DNA of 61,264 bases, counting the filler, from Candidatus Woesearchaeota archaeon (GTDB lineage Archaea > Nanobdellota > Nanobdellia > Woesearchaeales > J072): the NCBI GenBank assembly GCA_003695265.1. It is 13 parts of 13 records of this genome, joined end to end, with 100 filler letters (N's around TTAATTAATTAA, not from the genome) between each part and the next. Parts side by side here need not be neighbours in the genome. Positions count along the whole stretch, not along the records: positions 40,610 to 44,614 come from RFII01000006.1; positions 44,715 to 48,091 come from RFII01000034.1; positions 48,192 to 51,873 come from RFII01000035.1; 10 more parts are not named here. One strand, written 5' to 3'. The position numbers and the translations under genes are program-made. Shown here piece after piece: positions 40,610 to 50,233 of this stretch; within the stretch, counting starts at the first letter, position 1; each line of letters opens with the position of its first letter. The notes under the pieces are model-generated. The model was not told the DNA's origin. It ran no database searches and worked only from the letters and a program-made list of their open reading frames with translations.

Positions 40610-41797
40610 AAGCTCATAATCGCCATTCTCATACATTGTTGTGTTCATTTCCCATTCAAAATCTGAGTAGGCAGTATGCACAAGCGTGCCATTAAGGAAA
40701 AACTCCACTTTTTCAACGCCTGTATTGTCTGACACGTTTGCAACAAATCTTACTGTCCCGTTATAAACACCCGGATCAATTATGCTTATCTGTGGGGGAA
40801 CAGAATCTTCTATTGGTAGAGTTTCAAATTTTACGTCTTGGCTGGCAACAGTGTTCATGCTATGATCTGTTGATTCTGCGACGAAATGATAAGTCGTTGA
40901 TGGTTGCAGGCTGTTAATTGTTATTATGTGGCGTGTGATGAAAGTGGAGTCTTTTTTTTCAAAGCTGTACACTCCAGCCTTTTTGTCATATTTAACCGTG
41001 CTGTCGCTGTTTTCATCAGTTTCCCAGAAAATTGTGGCTGAGTCTTGAGTGAGAGATATTATTTGGGGCCCTGAAACAATTTTTGGGGCATCTGTGTCGC
41101 ACACCCAGCTTTCCTGGCGCTCATTATTTGTTTCATTGCTTTCATTCACGTAATTGCCAAAATCTGCGTACACACTTATGTTGTCGTCAAAACCAGTACA
41201 TCTCCATGCATAGTTAAAGCACAGGTCTGCCCTGTCGCCGGGCATGAGTGCAACGCTTATTGTGCTGTTGGACTCTTGAACGCCATCAATTGTTAAAGGG
41301 GTGTAATGACCTATAGGGGCTGTTTCGCCCCCAATATTTCTCACTTGGTAACATATAGAATTGTTTTCATTCCAAAAGTCAGTAACTATGAGGTCTGGCT
41401 CGCACGCGTCTCCTTTGCCGTCGCCGTCTGAATCCTCCTGGCCCGGATTGAATTTATAAGCGCAATTATCACAAGCATCACCAAAACCGTCACTGTCTGT
41501 GTCGTTCTGGTCTGAATTTGGCACGCTTAAGCAATTGTCACACAAATCACCTATATTATCTGAGTCTGTGTCGTTCTGGTAAGGGTTGTACTGCGTAGGG
41601 CAATTATCAGAAGAATCAGGAATTCCATCACCGTCTGTGTCATTGCCACTTATTAAGTTTTGATTATTAAAAGATTTTTTATTATTAAAGGATTTAATAT
41701 TAAAAGAAGCAATATCAGAAGAAGCAGCAAAAACAAGTGAAAGGCACAAGATTCCCAGTAAAGAGAATAATATCAGCCAAGATGATGTTTTCTTCAT
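40610..41797 (-). CDS. Secreted/surface protein: thrombospondin type 3 repeats, CARDB-like, FN3-like and Ig-like domains (3' truncated)
   Basis: Signal peptide; repeated D.D.DG.GD.CDNC...N..Q; PDL.V...[26 protein letters not shown]. Confidence 0.85.
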
Positions 41798-41913
41798 CAA
41801 ACCCCCCTAAAAACCTAAGTTCTGATAATTAAAATTTTAATATTTAAAAATGTTTCGCAGAACAACGAATTTTTGCAATCTTACAGAACAGAATCGGCTT
41901 AGCCATTAAATCA

Positions 41914-42022
41914 GAAAGTTAATTTGGTTGTGTTGGGAAATTATAAAAATTATAAAATTTTTTTAGTCCCACCCACACCACCCCCTCACCACCAAGAATC
42001 ATCACAATTAAGCTTACTTTAC
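41914..42022 (-). mobile_element. MITE-like repeat, copy 4 of 5 (diverged)
   Basis: + strand TTTTTAGTCCCACCCACACCACC. Flanking ATTAAATC at 41905-41912 and 42024-42031. Confidence 0.7.
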
Positions 42023-42067
42023 AATTAAATCGCAAGGTTTTTAAATAAAAGCCTTTTCCTCACGTCT

Positions 42068-42325
42068 ATGGAAGGAGTAATTACAAGTTATAGGCGCGGC
42101 AGGACAACGCAATATGACAACCAGATGATAATAGCAGTTAATGGTATAAACTCAAAAGACAAGGCAGCTGATTTAATCAGGAAGAAAGTTGTTTGGAAGA
42201 GCCCTGCCGGCAAGGAAATAAAAGGAGAGGTTAGAAGCACGCATGGCAGAAAAGGATGCATTAGAGTTCTTTTCGAGAAAGGCATGCCGGGCCAGTCCCT
42301 GGGAAAAAAAGTGGAAATAATTTAA
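42068..42325 (+). CDS. rpl35ae: 50S ribosomal protein L35Ae
   Basis: GVITSYRRG, KKVVWKSP.G..I.G....HG..G...V.F..G.PGQ.LG. Confidence 0.93.
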   Translation: MEGVITSYRRGRTTQYDNQMIIAVNGINSKDKAADLIRKKVVWKSPAGKEIKGEVRSTHGRKGCIRVLFEKGMPGQSLGKKVEII

Positions 42326-42359
42326 GAGAATTAAATTAAAAAAAATTCTTATAAAAAAA

Positions 42360-42728
42360 TTATTGAGCCTTAAATGCTGCTATTACGAGCAGAATTCCTT
42401 CTAAGATGAAGATTATATTGTATAATGTGACGCTTAGAAAGGGGATTGCGAAGCTGATAACACCAAAGCTGTTAAGCAAAGGAATCACACCTATAGCTAG
42501 GATTATCAAGCCTACAATAATAGTTATTATTTTCACACCCTCATCTTCCATGAAGCCCTCAATTATCAGCCACAGCGCAGCTATTGAGATAATGTAAGAG
42601 ACAAACTGCATTATTGGCAAAAAGTTAAGGCCAAAACTGACAATCCCAAACTTGTTCAAGAAAGGTATTACTCCAAGCACTAAGAGTATTAATCCAAGAA
42701 TAAGGGTAAACCAGTCTTTTCCCTCCAT
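42360..42728 (-). CDS. Small membrane protein with an internal duplication
   Basis: GLILLVLGVIPFLNKFGIVSF / GLIILAIGVIPLLNSFGVISF. Confidence 0.75.
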   Translation of the reverse strand: MEGKDWFTLILGLILLVLGVIPFLNKFGIVSFGLNFLPIMQFVSYIISIAALWLIIEGFMEDEGVKIITIIVGLIILAIGVIPLLNSFGVISFAIPFLSVTLYNIIFILEGILLVIAAFKAQ

Positions 42729-42783
42729 GAGTATCACCTCTTTATATTGTTCTTATTGGATATCATGCTATTTAAACTTTTTG

Positions 42784-44614
42784 CTACTTATTATTCATTG
42801 CCAACTTTTTTCTCATCTGTTTGATAAAGGTGTATTCTCCTATTGCAAATGTAAAGGTTGAGAGTAATTTGTAAAGCTGGGCGAGAGGCCCGGGATTTTT
42901 TAGTTTTAGTGTTTTGTACTCGAAAAGCTCAGGGAATCCTGATCTCATGTTTTTTACTTTACCAGCCCATAATTTTTGATGAAGCCAGATATGGCATTCA
43001 GCCCAAAAATTCTGGTTCCTGAACCAACCAACAGGAAGCACGACAGCAAACCTTAATGATTTAAACCTTGATTTAATCCTTGCAATCTCTGATTTTGTCA
43101 TACCAGCCTTTTCCAAGTTGTCATACCAGTGCTTCCCTCTAGCTTCCTTTCCGGTAAATTCAGTTAATATTTCATCCACTTTTTCGATGATTCTTGGAGC
43201 TTTTCCCCATTCTTCCTCTAGCCGATCAACGTACTCAGAGAATTTTTTTATTATATCAGAAACCTTTCTTCCTTCAGAGTCCTTTGCGTTTTTGTTTCTC
43301 TTAAGAATATCATCATCTTTTATTAGGTCTCTTATCTGTTTCATCCTCTCAATCCAAGGCTCCAACTTGCCAAGGGTGATTGATCCTAAAGGAATATTTG
43401 GCCATTGCTCATAAGCCCAACTGCTTCCTGAAAAAGCAACTTTAGCAATTTGTCCCACCAAGCTGAAATCAGACTCAGGAAGGTTAATCTTCTTAAACAA
43501 GGCATTAATGCTTACAGGTATTGGCGGCAGAACAGGAAAGTCTTTGATAATTGTTACACTGTGAACATCTGACGAGTATTCTTTCCCATTAATTTTAACC
43601 ACAAGGATAAAATAGTTCCTGCCCTGTCTGAGCTCATTAACTTGCTTTTCAAACAAAACAGTTGTCAAGGTGTCTGGCCGCATATTCCCCCTTTCAAACA
43701 ACTCCCACTTTCCCCTTGCAGAATACTTAACTCTCCACTCATATTCATAGGCTCCTCTAGGAACACCCCTTATCCAGCCTGAGAACTGTACTGGAGTTGT
43801 TTCTTCTGGTAATCTCCTAAATTCATTTTTCTCAGGCAAGTCAATGCCGACCTTGATTTTAGCTTCTCCAATCTCAAACTCAAACTCTGTCTGCGCAACA
43901 GAGCCTTTTGTTGGAACACCAAGAAGTTTCAGGACTGCTTTGTATTTTCCTTTGCCACCGAGCTCTTTGCCTGTTTTGCTGACTTTTTTGGTTAAAGGGT
44001 CTTTGTTTGTGAATGAAATTAATTTTGTTGGTTCCTTGCCATTCTTGCTAACCCACCACTCATACTTGTACTTTCCTTTGTAACCAGTTGGTATGTTCTC
44101 AAAGTGGCCCTCAAAGTCAATAACCTCATCAACTCCGTAATTCCTGTTCGGGCTGTCAATAATTACTTTTGGATTATCAGCACTTTCATCAGTAATCTTA
44201 ATCACAAGCTCTTCAGAATCAACTGGCTCACCGCCCACAGTCACAAAAAACCTTAGTATGAAGCGATGCTCTCCAACACCGAATTCACTGGCATCTTTAT
44301 CAAAAGGCTTGGTCTCATTAGTATCAGTAAAGTTATAATCAATTTGTTCCCATTTCTTTTTAGATTCAGAATAATGCAGCCAAGAGTACCTCATCTTAGA
44401 CCTAAGTGTTGTAAAGTTTTCCAAATGGCCCTTAAAAGTGAATTTGTGACTTAAAGGATACTCGCCCGCACTAGGCTCATCAATAATTGATTTTAGCTCA
44501 CCAATTTCTTTTTTAAGTGGAACAACAACGTTGTCTATCTTAAATCCTGGAGTCACGTCAATGTCATTCGGCGGGTGGCCTCCAGGATCAGTATGAACTC
44601 CATCCTCATAACCA
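42784..44614 (-). CDS. Hypothetical protein with about three Ig/PKD-like repeats (5' truncated)
   Basis: Repeats I..P...F.G...Y.W three times, then a helical C-terminus; frame is open to the contig edge. Confidence 0.65.
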
Positions 44615-44887
44615 NNNNNNNNNNNNNNNNNNNNNNNNNNNNNNNNNNNNNNNNNNNNTTAATTAATTAANNNNNNNNNNNNNNNNNNNNNNNNNNNNNN
44701 NNNNNNNNNNNNNNACAATATATTGTATATACAATATTAAAATGATTAAGATTTGTTAAAAATCATGAAAAAATAAAAGGATATCAAAAAAAATCCTTTC
44801 TTCGACGATAAATCAAAAAATTGGTTTTTGCCAAAGTGAGTAATTTGTGAAAAGTATAAAACAAGCTAAAAAAACCAAAAAAATATC

Positions 44888-45398
44888 ATGAATGAGGTCG
44901 AAGTGAAGATTCTGGAGATTGACGCTGAAAAAGTAAGGAAAAAGTTGGAGGAATTGGGTGCAAAAAAGGTTTATGAGGGCAAAGTTGATTCAATAATTCA
45001 TGATTTCGACGATGAAAGGCTAAAAAGTGAGGGTTTAATGCTAAGGTTAAGATCTTTTGGGAAAAAAGATTATTGACATTCAAGAGGAAGATAGCAAAAA
45101 AAGAAGAGAAGATCACTGAAGAGCATGAAATAGAAGTGGATGATCCTGAGAAAGTGAGGATAATCCTTGAGGGGATTGGGTTAAAGAAAAGAGTGGCTTA
45201 TTCTAAGCGCAGAATCCATTATGTTTTAGCGATGTGAGCTTTGAAATAGACACGTTTAAAGAATCCCCTTACCTTGAGATAGAGTCAAATACAAAAGAAA
45301 AAGTGAGGGCTCTGGTTAAGAAATTGGGCTATGAGATGAAAGACGCAAAGCCCTGGTCGAGCAGGCAGGTCATAGAATATTATGAGAAGATTAGTTAA
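44888..45398 (+). pseudogene. cyaB: CYTH-domain (CyaB class IV adenylate cyclase-like) gene broken by three apparent frameshifts
   Basis: EVEVK and LRLR, then LTFK...EHEIEV, DVSFEIDTF and PYLEIE in successive frames; shifts near 45073, 45229 and 45263. Confidence 0.8.
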
Positions 45399-45915
45399 AC
45401 CTTTTCACTGTTCTCAAGCCAACTATGTCGCGTTTAGCCTGCTGATACCTGAATTCATCGTCTATTTTTAGTGATACGCGGCCGTTCTTGTAAGCCTTTA
45501 TTATGGGCACGCCTTTTGCTATCATCGTTGTGACGTAATTCATGACAAGCGCTTCTGAAAAGCCCGTGTTGCGCGCAAGGTTTTGGTAGGTTACTGTGCC
45601 TTTGTCGCCGTTAAGCTTGTAAAGCTCGAGAAAAACCTCTTTTTCATGGGGCGTGAGTTGTATTGATTCTGGAAAGTCGTGAAGCCCGGGAATTTTTGAT
45701 TTCAGAGCGTGGTGAAACATCATTTTAAGCTCGTCAATCTGCTCGGACAGCTTGTCTATTTTAGCGTCGAGCTTGCAGATGTACTCATAGTTTGACTGAA
45801 TCTCATTAGTGTTCTCGTTAATAGCATTCAAATGATCGTCAAACTCTTCTTTTATCTTAGAAAAAGCGCACTGAAGTCTTTTATGAATTCCTCTCAAATC
45901 ACTCCTTTTAAACAA
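45391..45915 (-). CDS. Coiled-coil plus winged-HTH hypothetical protein
   Basis: N-terminal heptads; LTPHEKEVF...TYQNLA...KGVPIIK. Confidence 0.7.
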   Translation of the reverse strand: MFKRSDLRGIHKRLQCAFSKIKEEFDDHLNAINENTNEIQSNYEYICKLDAKIDKLSEQIDELKMMFHHALKSKIPGLHDFPESIQLTPHEKEVFLELYKLNGDKGTVTYQNLARNTGFSEALVMNYVTTMIAKGVPIIKAYKNGRVSLKIDDEFRYQQAKRDIVGLRTVKRFN

Positions 45916-46057
45916 GCCTCATCACCCACGACAAGGAATTAAATGGAACGAGCTAGTATAAATAGTTTTCGAAACAACAAAGCAATTTCGTAAAGCTTCC
46001 GAGAGATTGTGTAGTGACAGCAAGATTATTAAACAAATTATGATTTAGCAGCATAAA

Positions 46058-46672
46058 ATGTTCTCGAAATCAAAGCTTGCAATACTGTTGTCAAGGCTCA
46101 AGGACTTTGAAAGACCTAATGTTAAGCTCGAGCAATACTCCACGCCGAGCGAAATAGCAGCAGAAGTAGTTTATCGAGCAGCAGAATTAGGTGACATAAA
46201 GGGAAAAAGCATTCTTGACCCTGCCTGCGGCCCAGGGTTTTTAGGAATTGCAGCGCTGCTTTTAGGAGCAAAAAAAGTCAATTTTTTAGACGCGAGCAAA
46301 GAAGCAATTGCTCTCTGCAGAGAAAACGTAAGAAGCATTAGCAAAGAATATAATATTGGAAAAGCAGAGTTCACACTCTCAAGAATCCAGGATTTTTCTG
46401 GCAAGTATGATGTTGTTGTGCAAAACCCACCTTTCGGAACTAAGATAAGGCACCATGACAGGGATTTTTTAATAAAGGCTTTTGAGACTGCTAGCGTGGT
46501 TTACAGCTTTCACAAGGTAGAAAGCAGGGATTTCCTTTACAGGATAAGCGCTGACAACAATTTTAGAATAACCCATGCGTGGCTTTTTGATTTCGCGCTT
46601 CCAGCATCACAAAAGTTTCACAAAAGAAGAATTCATAGGATAAGGGTCGGGTGCTGGCGCTTTAAAAAATAG
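46058..46672 (+). CDS. METTL5-like N6-adenine RNA methyltransferase
   Basis: LEQYSTP, DPACGPG, QNPPFG, VYSFHK, FH. Confidence 0.9.
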   Translation: MFSKSKLAILLSRLKDFERPNVKLEQYSTPSEIAAEVVYRAAELGDIKGKSILDPACGPGFLGIAALLLGAKKVNFLDASKEAIALCRENVRSISKEYNIGKAEFTLSRIQDFSGKYDVVVQNPPFGTKIRHHDRDFLIKAFETASVVYSFHKVESRDFLYRISADNNFRITHAWLFDFALPASQKFHKRRIHRIRVGCWRFKK

Positions 46673-46757
46673 TGTTAAGCCAATTTTGTTGAGTTAGGAG
46701 ATTATAATGTTTAGTCCCACCACACCACTAAAACTTTCTTACTTAAGCTGACAGCAC
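46673..46757 (-). mobile_element. MITE-like repeat, copy 5 of 5
   Basis: + strand TTTAGTCCCACCACACCAC...CTTAAGCTGACAGCAC. Exact 9-bp flanking repeat AAAAAATAG (46664-46672, 46759-46767). Confidence 0.85.
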
Positions 46758-46812
46758 CAAAAAATAGAAAATAATTTAAATAGTTTGAGTTTCCCAGTCA
46801 AAAGGTGATTCC

Positions 46813-47091
46813 ATGGAAGTCAAAGTTCTGGAAGAGACAAAAAACAAGATTGTCTTTGAGCTGAAAGGGGAAGGTGAGGCTTTCTGCAACGCACTCAAAG
46901 ACGAGCTTTGGAGAGACAAGCACGTAAAAACAGCAGGTTACCATATTGAGCATCCTCTAGAAGGGATTCCAAAAATCATTGTGGAAACAGACGGAAAAGA
47001 AAAGCCGAGAGCAGCTTTGCTCGCGTCAATAACTCGCCTGAAAAAGACAAATGAGAAGTTCTCCAAGGAATTCACCAAGTCAGTGAGATGA
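46813..47091 (+). CDS. rpoL: RNA polymerase subunit Rpo11 (L)
   Basis: GE...FCNALK.EL....V..AGY.IEHPL...P. Confidence 0.92.
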   Translation: MEVKVLEETKNKIVFELKGEGEAFCNALKDELWRDKHVKTAGYHIEHPLEGIPKIIVETDGKEKPRAALLASITRLKKTNEKFSKEFTKSVR

Positions 47092-47672
47092 TACAATTAA
47101 ATGACGCAAAACTTTTGATGCAATTGGCAAAAAGAGCTGTTTACACTGTCTTCTCAAGCGAAACTATAAATGTGAGCGACGAAATAAAGGCAAAGTTCTC
47201 GAACAAGCAAGGGGTTTTTGTGACTATAAAGCTCGACGGAAAGCTGCGCGGATGCATAGGATACCCATATCCGGAGTTCCCGCTTTACAGGGCAGTGATT
47301 CAGGCAGCTAGAGGAGCGGCTTTCGACGACCCAAGGTTTCCTCCGATGAGGATAGATGAAATGAAAAATTCAGAATTTGAATTGTCAATACTCTCAGTCC
47401 CAAAGCTTATCAATGTGAAAAAACCAGAAGAGTACATTAACCACATCCAAATAGGAAAAGACGGCCTCATAATAAAAGGAAGGATGAACGCTGGGCTGCT
47501 CCTTCCACAAGTAGCAACGGAATACGGGTGGGATGAAACAGAATTCTTGAACCAAGTATGCGTAAAGGCAGGCATGCACCCAAACGCGTGGCACGACCTA
47601 ACCAACAGAGTATACCATTTCCAAGCTCAAGTTTTCAAGGAAGAGAATGGAGATGTTGTCGAGGAAATCTAA
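47088..47672 (+). CDS. AMMECR1-domain protein
   Basis: GVFVT, LRGCIG, AAFDDPRF, GLLLPQV, CVKAG. Confidence 0.93.
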   Translation: MIQLNDAKLLMQLAKRAVYTVFSSETINVSDEIKAKFSNKQGVFVTIKLDGKLRGCIGYPYPEFPLYRAVIQAARGAAFDDPRFPPMRIDEMKNSEFELSILSVPKLINVKKPEEYINHIQIGKDGLIIKGRMNAGLLLPQVATEYGWDETEFLNQVCVKAGMHPNAWHDLTNRVYHFQAQVFKEENGDVVEEI

Positions 47673-48091
47673 ATGGACATCAAAAAAATCCTAAAGGAAT
47701 ACCAGCCAATAATTGACAAGAAGATAAAAGAATTAGTCCCTACAAAAATAGACCAGAAATGGATAAACAAGTATGTGAAGAAAATAAGATGGCAGTTTGA
47801 GTATGACTCAATAAACAAAGGCTTGGTAAACCCTATTTGGAATTTTTTAAACCGCGGCGGAAAAAGGTGGAGGCCTGTTTTACTGTTGCTGTGCTGCGAA
47901 ATCGTGGGCGGCAATGAGAAAGACGCAATAGACTTTGTTGCCTTGCCAGAACTCATCCACAATGGAACCCTGCTGGTTGATGACATAGAGGACAAATCAA
48001 GCTTTAGGAGAGGCAAAAAAAGCCTGCACTTGATTTATGGAGAGGACATTGCAATAAACACTGGAAACGCAATGTACTACTTGCCAACACT
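47673..48091 (+). CDS. Polyprenyl (GGPP) synthase, N-terminal part (3' truncated)
   Basis: GGKRWRP, ELIH, DDIED, RRG. Confidence 0.92.
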
Positions 48092-48191
48092 NNNNNNNNN
48101 NNNNNNNNNNNNNNNNNNNNNNNNNNNNNNNNNNNTTAATTAATTAANNNNNNNNNNNNNNNNNNNNNNNNNNNNNNNNNNNNNNNNNNNN

Positions 48192-48285
48192 CCCTCTTCG
48201 ACGCGAGCGGTTTAAGGGAACTGCAAGTCCCATTGTAAAATATGATAACATTTAAAAAGAAGTCTTAAAAACCATATTAACTATT
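48192..48285 (+). repeat. 94-bp upstream region identical to the upstream region of tRNA-Glu(CTC) (57284-57377, reverse strand)
   Basis: Base-by-base match; contains TATA-like TTTAAAAA and part of the 15538-15617 element. Confidence 0.9.
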
Positions 48286-48541
48286 GCCCCGTTAGTGTAG
48301 TCCGGCAAGCTTTTACCCATAACAATTGAAAAGGTAAGAGTTCGGCAACAATCATACAGCCCTTTCGAGGCTGTGACCCGGGTTCAAAACAATCCTTTCG
48401 CCGATTGTGCTCAGAAATCTTAGAAGATTTCTGGCACCCCAAAACGCTTTGCGTTTTGATGGGGAGCAATGTGCGAAGTGCGCTCACTCCGCTCGCTTAG
48501 CCCCCTTCAACAAAAGGTTTGTGAAAGTCCCGGACGGGGCA
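48286..48541 (+). tRNA. tRNA-Glu(TTC) with D-loop intron (48307-48348, 42 nt) and T-loop intron (48389-48527, 139 nt)
   Basis: GCCCCGTTAGTGTAGTCCGGC|...CGGCAA|CAATCATACAGCCCTTTCGAGGCTGTGACCCGGGTTCAAA|...TGAAAG|TCCCGGACGGGGCA. Confidence 0.92.
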
Positions 48542-48874
48542 TATTACTATTTTATATAATTGTCGGGATTCTTATGCAGGAGAAAACAATTCTTTACTTC
48601 CAAACATGAATTATCCATTCCTTAGCAATCCTCACATCGATAAATGAAATCCTGGCTGAAGAAAAGATTAAATTCTTCATTTCTTTTTTTCTTAAATCTT
48701 GGCTTTGATTTGAAACCAAATATTACAAACAGAACTAATGCCAAAAAAGGCCTTTTCATTTGATCAACACGAATCATAAAAAACCACTCCTTAATAACAA
48801 TTAATAATTCTTGTCGATTATATTAATTTTTCTCAAAAAACAGATTATTTGAACATGATAATTAAGATTAACAC

Positions 48875-49609
48875 TTATTCTTTTACCCTCCATTCCCTGA
48901 ACTTTTCCATTACTTCCCTGTCACTAAGAATCTTGTATCTTTTGTGGTGAATGTCAAACTTGTTGTACGCAGGATCAACTAGAATTTCGCGTCCGTCAAT
49001 GTAAACAACAGAGCATGCGTGCATTACTTTTTTCCAGCGGTCGTCCCTGTCAACGAGAACTATATTTGAAGTCAGACCTACGCTTCTGGCCATTGTCGTG
49101 TAGAGGAATGCCATTTCGCCACAGAGTCCTTTCTTTGCGTGTAGGACTTCTTCGCTGTTGTTGTACCTGAATTTTCCCCTTATTTCGCCGTATTTTATGT
49201 TGTCGTGAATCCAGTCATAAATTGCTCTTGCTTTTTCCAAGTCTGTAGCGCAGTTTCTTGTGTGCTTTCTGATTATCCTTACTAACTCCTCATTTATTAT
49301 GAAAGGGTTGTAATGGTCTTTCTCAGTTAGCACCACTGTGTACTGGCTGTCAATTGCAGAAACGTCTAAGGAGGGATTATCAACTTCCTCAGTTTCTCTC
49401 TTTTCTCTTTTTATAGTGCTTATTATGAGTCTTGTTTCATTATGGTTTATTCCCAGAATTTTCTCTATTGTTTTTGAGCTGTAATGTCTTGGCGATTGCT
49501 TTATTCTTCTTATAAGCTCTGGATTAACTAATTGTGTTTGCGTGCCAGCATGGAAATAACTGCTTTTACTGTTTCTCAGCCTTCTGACTATTTCCTCTAA
49601 CATAGTCAT
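48875..49609 (-). CDS. Transglutaminase-like (Cys-His-Asp) protein
   Basis: KARAIYDWIHDNIKY, GLCGE, HAC, LVDP. Confidence 0.88.
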   Translation of the reverse strand: MTMLEEIVRRLRNSKSSYFHAGTQTQLVNPELIRRIKQSPRHYSSKTIEKILGINHNETRLIISTIKREKRETEEVDNPSLDVSAIDSQYTVVLTEKDHYNPFIINEELVRIIRKHTRNCATDLEKARAIYDWIHDNIKYGEIRGKFRYNNSEEVLHAKKGLCGEMAFLYTTMARSVGLTSNIVLVDRDDRWKKVMHACSVVYIDGREILVDPAYNKFDIHHKRYKILSDREVMEKFREWRVKE

Positions 49610-49619
49610 TTTAGAACGC

Positions 49620-50228
49620 TCATTTCAGGCTGCCTTTCATCATGTCCTCAATTTCTTTTTGCGTTGGCGGCTTTGTGTCCCTCAGTTTTTTAGGAGGCGG
49701 CTCTGGCAGCCACTTGTCATAAAAAGCAATTATCACTCCATTTAATTCTTTTCTTTCAGCCAAGTCAGCTCCGAGAATGTTCGCGTTTGTGCCCAAGCCG
49801 TTCTGCCCCATTTCGTCAAGCATGCTCCTTGTCTCTTCACCAACTCTTGCGAACAAGCAGTACCCGAATTTGTCTGAGACTGGAACATTAAACTCGAAGT
49901 ATCCCATCGGCGAGCCTTGGCTGGGCTTCCATTCTGGGACTTGGTAAGGCTTAAAATAGTCTAATTTGTCGCTTAGCTCATTCCACACATCAAGGTGGTT
50001 TTGCTCTAATCTTCTTGCGTCTTCCTCATTTCCAGGATCAAAGTACTCTTCACCAATCGCAACTTTAATAAAAACACTTGCTGGAAATAATGGGCGCGTG
50101 TATTTGCCTTCATTGTAACCCATTACAAAGCCGCTTATCATAGCGTTTTCCTTCTTGTTCTCAAATCTTCTTCTGTTTTTTTCCCTCAGTTTTCTAAGGA
50201 GTTTATTATCCAATGTTTCGTCTTCCAT
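49620..50228 (-). CDS. Hypothetical protein
   Basis: 202-aa ORF in a three-gene operon. Confidence 0.7.
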   Translation of the reverse strand: MEDETLDNKLLRKLREKNRRRFENKKENAMISGFVMGYNEGKYTRPLFPASVFIKVAIGEEYFDPGNEEDARRLEQNHLDVWNELSDKLDYFKPYQVPEWKPSQGSPMGYFEFNVPVSDKFGYCLFARVGEETRSMLDEMGQNGLGTNANILGADLAERKELNGVIIAFYDKWLPEPPPKKLRDTKPPTQKEIEDMMKGSLK

Positions 50229-50233
50229 TTTTT

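Noticed and set aside
41888..41901. ACAGAATCGGCTTA resembling RNase P RNA region CR-V
   Set aside because: The spacing is one base short, and the upstream DNA is AT-rich with no CR-I or helices.
44715..44738. Overlapping AT-rich palindromes (ATATTGTATATACAATAT)
   Set aside because: Low complexity, single occurrence and at a contig edge; it could be an operator but is unsupported.
44888..45398. Stop-codon reassignment or programmed frameshifting in the CYTH gene
   Set aside because: Continuation needs frame changes rather than readthrough, three shifts are implausible as programmed events, and TGA, TAA and TAG all end intact genes elsewhere.
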